The translations under genes were made by a program, and so were the position numbers. A DNA stretch of 64,000 nt from Rubripirellula sp. (GTDB lineage: Bacteria > Planctomycetota > Planctomycetia > Pirellulales > Pirellulaceae): NCBI GenBank assembly GCA_965216875.1, contig OZ244207.1, positions 7,520,001-7,584,000 of the forward strand, given 5' to 3'. Position 1 is the first letter of the stretch; every line of letters begins with the position of its first letter. A model generated the notes under the pieces. That model saw only the letters and a program-made list of their open reading frames with translations, was not told the DNA's origin and made no database searches. Below are positions 57,033 through 64,000 of this stretch, in pieces.

Positions 57033-58118
57033 TTAGTAGCGAACGATCATTTCCAGCTGGATACGATCTTTGATCACATCGCGGAAACTGGTCAGCGGGA
57101 ACTCGTACGAGAAACCAGCTTCGATGTTGGTCTTAGGCTTGTACTTGAAGCCAACGCTTTGAGTCACCAAGTCGTTGTTGGTCGTGTTGGTCGTTGGCAG
57201 GTTGAACAAGTCTTGGCCAGCTTCCATCAAAGGCAGACCCGTTGCAGCCGAATCGACCCAGTGCCACCAAGCAAGCTCGGTCACCAAGTAGGCCTTTTCG
57301 GTCATGCGAACGTCGAAGTGATTCGACCAGTGGATCGATTCGCTGTTGCTTTGCCCGTCGACAGGTTTACGCCATCCGAATGCGCTCAACCAGTGAGCGT
57401 TGCCATCCATCAAGCGTTGGCCGGCGGTTGCGAACAGGTGGAATTCGCCGTCGCCGTTGCGTTGCAGAGCGCGGCGCGATCCGACAGGCATTTCGTAGGT
57501 GAAACCAACCGAAGCGAGTGTTCCCGAGCAGGTGTCACGCAAGACATTGTATTTCAGGCCAGCCGAAACGTCGGCCCAACCATCGTCAAGCAAAGCGTCC
57601 AGGCCGCCGTTTTTGACGCGATCGACGATGAAACCGTCTTTCACAGCGATGATGCTCAATCGCTCGGTCAATGCGATACGGAACTGAACAGCAAACAGTT
57701 GAACGGCGCCGTCAGCACTCACTGCCCCACCCGAAAGGGTACGTGGCAGGTTGTGGTGTACGAAAATCGGGCGAATTTCGGTCAGCGTACGTGGGTCTTC
57801 GAAAAAGACGAAGTTGATCATCGGGCTGACGAAATCGTCAAAGCAGTGGTCGCTTGGTTTGATCAAACCGAGCAACTTCATGCGGCCCATGCAATCGCAG
57901 AGCTTCCCTTTCATTCCACATCCACTGCAAGGATCGCAGCAGGACATGACCGAATCACAGCCAGAGTCACATCCGAGATCACAGCAAGAGTCGCAGTCGC
58001 AACAGGCTGAGTCGCAACAAGTATCGACAGCTTCGCAGCAGTCTGCCCCATAGATTGGCTGCTGGGTGGCGAATGCCAATGCCCAAACCACAGCAGCGGT
58101 AAGCGTCAGTGCTTTCAT
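57033..58118 (-). CDS. Probable outer-membrane beta-barrel with Cys-rich N-terminus
   Basis: Signal peptide, DCCE..TCCDSACCDCDSCCD segment, amphipathic strands (GWADVSAGLKYN, GFTYEMP), C-terminal aromatic residue (IVRY). Confidence 0.65.
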   Translation of the reverse strand: MKALTLTAAVVWALAFATQQPIYGADCCEAVDTCCDSACCDCDSCCDLGCDSGCDSVMSCCDPCSGCGMKGKLCDCMGRMKLLGLIKPSDHCFDDFVSPMINFVFFEDPRTLTEIRPIFVHHNLPRTLSGGAVSADGAVQLFAVQFRIALTERLSIIAVKDGFIVDRVKNGGLDALLDDGWADVSAGLKYNVLRDTCSGTLASVGFTYEMPVGSRRALQRNGDGEFHLFATAGQRLMDGNAHWLSAFGWRKPVDGQSNSESIHWSNHFDVRMTEKAYLVTELAWWHWVDSAATGLPLMEAGQDLFNLPTTNTTNNDLVTQSVGFKYKPKTNIEAGFSYEFPLTSFRDVIKDRIQLEMIVRY

Positions 58119-58450
58119 TGTATTTCCTTCGAGTGCCATTTTCCGGTGGTACCAGCGTGTGGGACGACTATGGACTTGCATCGTCAAGTGTTAAGGTCGT
58201 AACGCAAGGAGAAGAATTCGCACCGAAAGACCCGCAAAATCAGCCTCACTTTGCTCGACGTCCACGCATTATGTGGAACTAATCCGATTATGCGGATTTG
58301 GTATGCGTGACAATTTGCACGGTGCCCACATCTGTGACCGCGTGGCACACTTCTGCACGCATAGGCTGCGCGATGGCGCACCAACGAAAACGGCGACTGG
58401 GACGCCCTACTTCGAAAGAAAGGCCGAAAAATCGGCCCAACAGTCCCTCC

Positions 58451-58465
58451 GCGACACACTGTCGC
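58451..58465. promoter_or_regulatory. Palindrome resembling RegA/PrrA/RegR box upstream of ccoN
   Basis: GCGAC-acact-GTCGC about 140 nt before ccoN start. Confidence 0.4.
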
Positions 58466-58605
58466 ACAGTCCTGCATCGATTGGCACTGTCATTGTTATA
58501 CTCAGCCCGCCTACCGGTAGTCCTTATGCATCGACCCCGTGCACTCGGCATGGGGCCCACCTACCGAACCAGACGACAACCAACCCTTTGTGGAAGGAAA
58601 GCAGC

Positions 58606-60987
58606 GTGGCCATAGACGCGGCAATTTCGGAGACTGACGCCGACCCAGATGCCTACCAGGCCGACCGGGCAGATGGCCCGATCGAGTCCTTTTCTTATGA
58701 CGACGATGTGGTCCGCAAGTTTGCGACGGCCACGATTTTCTGGGGCCTGATCGCGACCGTTGTGGGCCTCGTCGTCGCGTTGCTCTTGGTCCTTCCCAAA
58801 CTTTTTGGATCGGCCGAATGGCTGACCTTCGGACGACTTCGGCCGCTGCACACCAACGCGGCGATCTTTGCATTCGCGGGCAACGGTATTTTTGCCGCGA
58901 TCTACTACAGCACTCAGCGGCTTTGCAAAGCTCGCATGTGGAGCGACACGCTCTCGAGGCTGCACTTTTGGGGCTGGCAACTGATCATCGTTGCCGCGGC
59001 AGTCACCCTGCCGCTGGGGATCACACAAAGTAAGGAATACGCCGAACTGGAATGGCCGATCGACTTGGCGATCGCAGTCGTTTGGCTCGGTTTCTTTGGC
59101 GTCAACTTCATGATGACGCTGATCAATCGCCGCGAGCGTCATATGTACGTCGCGCTTTGGTTCTATATCGCGACGATCGTGACCGTGACCGTGCTGCACG
59201 TGTTCAACAACCTCGTCGTTCCCGTGGGTTGGGGCAAAAGTGTTCCGATCTACGCCGGCGTGCAAGACGCATTCATGCAATGGTGGTACGGCCACAACGC
59301 GGTGGCGTTCTTTCTGACCACGCCGTTCCTCGGGCTGATGTACTACTTCTTGCCCAAGGCAGCGAACCGACCGGTTTTTAGCTACAAACTTTCGATCATC
59401 CACTTTTGGTCGCTGGTCTTTATCTATATCTGGGCTGGCCCTCACCATTTGCATTACACCGCCCTTCCCGAATGGGCTTGTACCCTCGGGATGCTCTTTA
59501 GCTTGATGCTTTGGATGCCCTCGTGGGGTGGGATGATCAACGGATTGTTGACCCTTCGTGGTGCTTGGCAAAAAGTCTCGGCCGATCCCGTGCTGAAGTT
59601 CTTTGTCGTTGGCATCACCTTCTACGGCATGTCGACCTTCGAAGGCCCGATGCTCAGTATCAAGAGCGTGAACGGGCTGAGTCACTACACCGACTGGACC
59701 ATTGCTCACGTTCACTCAGGGGCGCTTGGCTGGAACGGGATGATGACGTTCGGCATGCTCTACTGGCTAACTCCGCGTTTGTTCCAAACGAAGCTTTGGA
59801 GCGAGAAGGCGGCGTCACTGCACTTCTGGGTCGCCTTCCTCGGCATCCTGCTTTACATCGTGCCGATCTACATTGCTGGTTTGCAACAAGGCATCATGTG
59901 GCGAGCCATGGACGAGCAAGGCAACCTGATGTGGGACTTTGTTGAACCCATTTCGGAAGTCGCATTCCTGTGGTGGATTCGAGTCTTTGGCGGTTTGCTT
60001 TTTGTTGGCGGCATCGTCGTGATGGTCGTCAACTACGTGATGACTTGGACGACCCGTCCAGCGAAGTACGACGTTCCGGTCTACGAAGCAGCACGCCTAA
60101 GTAAGGTCGCACCGGCTGATCCAGCCGAACCTGAAAGCGAATTGAAAGAAGCACCCGTTCTTGATACGGCTCGCAAGTTCGAAGTTTGGACCAAGATGGG
60201 GTGGCACCGCCGATGGGAACGATTGCCCGTTCGCTTTACCGTGCTGACAACGCTTGCAGTGGTGATTGCAAGTTTGTTTGAGATTATCCCGACGTTCTTG
60301 ATTCGCAGTAACGTGCCAACGATCGCTTCGGTCAAGCCTTACACGCCACTCGAACTTGCTGGTCGTGACATCTACATTTCCGAGGGTTGTTACAACTGTC
60401 ACTCGCAAATGATTCGTCCGATGGTTGCCGAAACCAAACGATTTGGTGACTACAGCAAACCGGGCGAGTTTATCTACGACCGACCGTTCCAGTGGGGCAG
60501 CCGTCGAATCGGTCCCGACTTGGCACGCGAAGGTGGCAAGCAGAGCAGCTATTGGCACTGGCGTCACTTCGAAGACCCTCAGGTCTACTATGCCGATTCG
60601 GTGATGCCGTCGTTCGTGCATCTGCTGGATACGGAATTGAACTTTGAAGCGATCACCGACCGAGTGGTTGCCGCAAAGATGTTGGGGGCTCCCTACGAAG
60701 AAGAGTTGACTAACGCACCCGAAATGGCCCGCAAGCAAGCCGAACAGATCGCCGCCGACATCGTTTCTCAAGGGGGAACGGTCAAGCGTGGTGACTTGAT
60801 GACGTTTGACTCGCAAGCGGTCGCCTTGATCGCTTACCTGCAACGACTTGGCGTCGACGCGACTGCCCCGGCAGCCCCAGCGGAGCCACCCGCCGAAGAA
60901 AAACCTGCCGAGGGCGAAGCCGAACAACCGGTTGCCGACGGCAGTGACTCGGACGAACAACAAACCTTGACCAGCGCGAAAAATTAG
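58606..60987 (+). CDS. ccoN: Fused cbb3-type cytochrome c oxidase subunits I/II (CcoNO)
   Basis: FGRLRPLHTN, QWWYGHNAVAF, WAGPHHLHY, HVHSGALGW; CcoO part EGCYNCHSQMIRP, WGSRRIGPDL; GTG start after AAGGAAAG. Confidence 0.96.
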   Translation: MAIDAAISETDADPDAYQADRADGPIESFSYDDDVVRKFATATIFWGLIATVVGLVVALLLVLPKLFGSAEWLTFGRLRPLHTNAAIFAFAGNGIFAAIYYSTQRLCKARMWSDTLSRLHFWGWQLIIVAAAVTLPLGITQSKEYAELEWPIDLAIAVVWLGFFGVNFMMTLINRRERHMYVALWFYIATIVTVTVLHVFNNLVVPVGWGKSVPIYAGVQDAFMQWWYGHNAVAFFLTTPFLGLMYYFLPKAANRPVFSYKLSIIHFWSLVFIYIWAGPHHLHYTALPEWACTLGMLFSLMLWMPSWGGMINGLLTLRGAWQKVSADPVLKFFVVGITFYGMSTFEGPMLSIKSVNGLSHYTDWTIAHVHSGALGWNGMMTFGMLYWLTPRLFQTKLWSEKAASLHFWVAFLGILLYIVPIYIAGLQQGIMWRAMDEQGNLMWDFVEPISEVAFLWWIRVFGGLLFVGGIVVMVVNYVMTWTTRPAKYDVPVYEAARLSKVAPADPAEPESELKEAPVLDTARKFEVWTKMGWHRRWERLPVRFTVLTTLAVVIASLFEIIPTFLIRSNVPTIASVKPYTPLELAGRDIYISEGCYNCHSQMIRPMVAETKRFGDYSKPGEFIYDRPFQWGSRRIGPDLAREGGKQSSYWHWRHFEDPQVYYADSVMPSFVHLLDTELNFEAITDRVVAAKMLGAPYEEELTNAPEMARKQAEQIAADIVSQGGTVKRGDLMTFDSQAVALIAYLQRLGVDATAPAAPAEPPAEEKPAEGEAEQPVADGSDSDEQQTLTSAKN

Positions 60988-60996
60988 GAAGGTGCA

Positions 60997-61173
60997 ATGC
61001 TTAGAGATGTGATTCGAGCGATCGATTACAGCGACTGTGCCGAAATCGCGCTGATGCTGTTCTTTGTCGCCTTTGGACTGACTTTGCTGACGACGTTTCG
61101 ATTGTCGCGGCAAGCGACCGACAAGTTCGCCTCCATTCCTCTTTCAGACAACGTGGAGGACCCACGATCGTGA
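60997..61173 (+). CDS. ccoQ: cbb3 oxidase small subunit CcoQ-like (58 aa; not in ORF track)
   Basis: MLRDVIRAIDYSDCAEIALMLFFVAFGLTLLTTFRLSRQATDKFASIPLSDNVEDPRS; RBS GGAAGG; single TM; GTGA overlap with ccoP. Confidence 0.8.
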   Translation: MLRDVIRAIDYSDCAEIALMLFFVAFGLTLLTTFRLSRQATDKFASIPLSDNVEDPRS

Positions 61174-61868
61174 GTAACGAAGACAACCAACTGCCCGAGG
61201 GTGCGCCCGACGATCCGCTGACGGGCCATAGCTACGATGGCATCCAAGAATACGACAACCCGCTGCCAGGCTGGTGGAAGTGGTTGTTCGTCGCCTCGAT
61301 CCTGATCGTGCCGCCTTACATCATGTACTACCACGGTGGTGCCGAAGGCCGCTCGCTCGAGGACCTGTACGATGCAGCCTATGCCGAACACATCCAGTTG
61401 CAATTCGCCGAAATTGGCGAGCTGCCACTGAACCGCGAATCGGTCGTCAAATACCTGTATGAAGAATCGTGGCTGCGAGTCGGTAAAGCCACCTTCAAAA
61501 CGCACTGTGCGTCCTGTCACGGTCAAGATGGTGGCGGCATCGTCGGCCCCAACCTTTGTGATGACGATTACAAAAACGTCAAAGACATTGCCGACATCTT
61601 GAGAGTGATTCAAAACGGCGCTAACGGCGGCGCAATGCCCGCCTGGAAGACACGGCTGTCCCCGAACGAATTAGTTTTGGTTTCTAGCTATGTTGCAAGC
61701 CTCCGTGGCACAACACCTGCAAGTCCTAAAGCCGCCGAAGGTCGACCGATCGACCCCTGGCCCGAAGCTCCGCCACCCGAAGAAGAGACTGCAGACGAAG
61801 GTTCCGCAGACGAAGCCAGTGAAGAGACTGGCGATCAAGAATCGGGTGATCAGGATTCGGGCGAGTGA
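61170..61868 (+). CDS. ccoP: cbb3 oxidase subunit III (monoheme CcoP)
   Basis: HSYDGIQEYDNPLPGWW; one CASCH; GPNL; AMPAW. Confidence 0.9.
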   Translation: MSNEDNQLPEGAPDDPLTGHSYDGIQEYDNPLPGWWKWLFVASILIVPPYIMYYHGGAEGRSLEDLYDAAYAEHIQLQFAEIGELPLNRESVVKYLYEESWLRVGKATFKTHCASCHGQDGGGIVGPNLCDDDYKNVKDIADILRVIQNGANGGAMPAWKTRLSPNELVLVSSYVASLRGTTPASPKAAEGRPIDPWPEAPPPEEETADEGSADEASEETGDQESGDQDSGE

Positions 61869-61953
61869 TGCAGTTCCACAAGAAATGAATGCCGCGTGAC
61901 TTTGACACCTTCGCCAAAACTGGCAAGGTGATTGGCGGCATGCGAGTGAGGCG

Positions 61954-63405
61954 ATGAATCATCCAGACGGGACAACCCAACATCAAGCGAAAGGAGACTC
62001 GCAATCACAACAGGCATCTGACGTGGACTTGCCACTGTTGGATGCGCCCGAGCATGTGCTCAGCACACTCGAAGGCGACGGTTCACGTCGTTGGTTGTTC
62101 CCGCGACTGGCTACAGGGAAATGGTGGGCTCGTCGCCGCTGGCTTGCCTATTTCTTGATCATCTTCTTTGTGGTCGTTCCGCATTTGCGTATCGGCGGCA
62201 ATCCGCTCGTCCTGCTTGATGTTCCGTCGCGAAAGTTCATTCTGGGTGGGCACACGTTCCTGCCAACCGACACACTCTTGCTGGCACTGTTGATGCTGGG
62301 CATCTTCGTTGGCATCGTCCTTGCCACTGCGTTGGCCGGACGGGTTTGGTGCGGCTGGGCTTGCCCGCAAACGGTCTACATGGAGTTTCTGTTTCGCCCG
62401 ATTGATCGTCTGTTCTACGGACTCAAAGGGAAGGGAGGCAAACCGAAGCAACCACTCGGAGCGCCCTTGGCGGTTGCCCGCTTTTTGGTCTACCTAGTGC
62501 TCTGCATGGTGCTGGCACACACGTTCCTTGCTTACTTCATCGGCACGGAACGGTTGGCACAATGGGTGCGTAGTTCGCCGCTTGAGCATCCGACGGCGTT
62601 CATCATCATGTTTGTCACGACCGCTTTGATGATGTTCGATTTCCTGTTCTTTCGGGAACAGATGTGTTTGATCGCATGTCCCTACGGCCGCTTTCAATCG
62701 GTAATGCTCGACCGGCAAAGCTTGATCGTTGCCTATGACCAAGAACGCGGCGAACCACGTAAAAAGGGTAAGCACACCGAAGGCGACGGGGCCGGTGATT
62801 GCGTCGATTGCAACCAATGTGTTGTCGTCTGCCCCACGGGGATCGACATTCGCGATGGGTTGCAGATGGAATGCGTCAACTGCACTCAGTGCATCGATGC
62901 GTGCGACAACGTGATGGATCGAGTCGGCAAACCCGCTGGTCTGATTCGCTACAGTTCCCAAGACGCGCTAGCTGGCAAGCCACCGAAGCTCGTCCGGGCT
63001 CGCACGATTGCCTATCCGGCCGTCTTGCTGATCGTAGCCGTCGGTTTTGTCGTGGTCTTATCGTCGAAATTCGCATTCGATGCCAAACTACTGCGTGGCC
63101 GTGGCAATCCCTTCAATCAAATTGCAGGAGGGCAAATCACCAACAACTTTAACTTGCGGTTGGTCAATCGAACGGATGCCTCGCACACGTACGAGTTGAC
63201 CGTTGTGGCTCCCGAAGAGGCAGCCCTGCATTCCGACACGCAAGACACCATTGAACTTGATGGCAATGGAAACCAAGTTTTTCCGGTCGTGATACAGCTG
63301 CCTGCCCGGTCACTTGATGGCGGGCAGAAGGAAGGCAAACTCAAGATTGTCGATGACGTCGGAAACGAAAGAATCATCACTGTGAAATTGTTAGGACCTC
63401 GCTGA
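61954..63405 (+). CDS. ccoG: Cytochrome c oxidase accessory protein CcoG/FixG
   Basis: GRVWCGWACPQTV, CLIACPYGRFQ, CVDCNQCVVVCP, CVNCTQCIDAC. Confidence 0.95.
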   Translation: MNHPDGTTQHQAKGDSQSQQASDVDLPLLDAPEHVLSTLEGDGSRRWLFPRLATGKWWARRRWLAYFLIIFFVVVPHLRIGGNPLVLLDVPSRKFILGGHTFLPTDTLLLALLMLGIFVGIVLATALAGRVWCGWACPQTVYMEFLFRPIDRLFYGLKGKGGKPKQPLGAPLAVARFLVYLVLCMVLAHTFLAYFIGTERLAQWVRSSPLEHPTAFIIMFVTTALMMFDFLFFREQMCLIACPYGRFQSVMLDRQSLIVAYDQERGEPRKKGKHTEGDGAGDCVDCNQCVVVCPTGIDIRDGLQMECVNCTQCIDACDNVMDRVGKPAGLIRYSSQDALAGKPPKLVRARTIAYPAVLLIVAVGFVVVLSSKFAFDAKLLRGRGNPFNQIAGGQITNNFNLRLVNRTDASHTYELTVVAPEEAALHSDTQDTIELDGNGNQVFPVVIQLPARSLDGGQKEGKLKIVDDVGNERIITVKLLGPR

Positions 63406-63947
63406 TGTCAAATCACGAAAACCCAATTGATACCAAGCGAGCGAGTCGCAATGCGGCTTGGCGTTGGGGGTCGATCGTCGTCGGTCTCCTGAGTCTGCAG
63501 GTGGCGCTGGGCGTTGCCGCGATCATGTTAGCGACCGGTGATGAATCGGTCGCCGTGATTCCGAACTACCATGAGAAAGCGCTCAACTGGGACAAGGAAG
63601 TCGCATTGCGTACGGCGTCAAAGGAACTCGGTTGGGTCGCGCAGATCGATCAAACCGAAGGGACGTCGACCGCTGGGTTGCAACTTCGTCTTCGCGACCG
63701 CAATGGCCAGCTCGTGCAAATCGAATCGGGCACGTTGGAAATCTATCGTCATGCCCGTGCCAACGACACCAAGCGAATCGAGTTGCCAAGCGCCGAGGTC
63801 GCGCTGACGATGGACGACTGCTTCGACGCCGAAGGCCATTGGCAAGTCAGTCTTGATGTGCTTGATGTCGATGGCAATCGTTTCGTCGACTCACAACAGC
63901 TCTTCGTTGATTTTTCGACGCACGATCAGGAGCAAGGAGACTCCTGA
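63405..63947 (+). CDS. ccoH: FixH/CcoH family protein
   Basis: N-terminal TM, PNYHEKALNWD motif, Ig-like C-terminus; follows ccoG. Confidence 0.8.
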   Translation: MSNHENPIDTKRASRNAAWRWGSIVVGLLSLQVALGVAAIMLATGDESVAVIPNYHEKALNWDKEVALRTASKELGWVAQIDQTEGTSTAGLQLRLRDRNGQLVQIESGTLEIYRHARANDTKRIELPSAEVALTMDDCFDAEGHWQVSLDVLDVDGNRFVDSQQLFVDFSTHDQEQGDS

Positions 63948-63949
63948 TC

Positions 63950-64000
63950 ATGTGGACGCTTGCAGCCGCCATTTTTTTTGCCAGTCTCTTGGGAAGCATG
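63950..64000 (+). CDS. Start of probable TauE/SafE (DsbD_2-like) membrane protein, truncated by window
   Basis: MWTLAAAIFFASLLGSM, matching the start of the typical G.S.HC motif of cco-associated proteins; RBS AAGGAG. Confidence 0.55.
   Translation, partial: MWTLAAAIFFASLLGSM

Noticed and set aside
58273..58605. 111-codon N-terminal extension of ccoN in the ORF track
   Set aside because: No similarity to CcoN; an RBS precedes GTG 58606 and the region looks regulatory. Similar over-extensions were trimmed for rpsR, the MDP-1 phosphatase, DUF1501 and a USP.
1..64000. rRNA, tRNA, prophage or transposase genes
   Set aside because: No recognisable sequence or motifs seen by eye; a tRNAscan or Infernal run would be needed to exclude small RNAs.

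Overview
Gene-dense bacterial chromosome segment. Its gene content (DUF1559, DUF1549/DUF1553, DUF1501, YTV-repeat, TIGR02996, an ECF sigma/Ser-Thr kinase pair, fused CcoNO) points to a planctomycete, probably Pirellulaceae. Housekeeping and envelope genes include a stand-alone EF-G, rpsR, kdsD-kdsC followed by a giant LptC/LptA-like gene, a prepilin peptidase, a large secretin and the start of a cbb3 oxidase operon. The most striking accessory locus is a ~13 kb co-oriented cluster (27621-40982). It encodes an NrdG-like radical SAM, a soluble FtsH-like AAA+/M41 protease, a RavA/MoxR ATPase, a MIDAS-degenerate vWA protein, several uncharacterised proteins and two TIGR02996/LRR genes (one with a WGR domain). 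It matches the computationally predicted FtsH-vWA-MoxR ternary conflict systems, which to my knowledge are untested experimentally. Also notable are a BlaI/BlaR1-DUF1549/1553-DUF1501 operon with visible tandem operators and a repeat-based sensor, and at least seven REP-like palindrome families forming mosaic intergenic clusters. No rRNA, tRNA, CRISPR array or transposase was seen. Family names come from motif recognition, not database searches.
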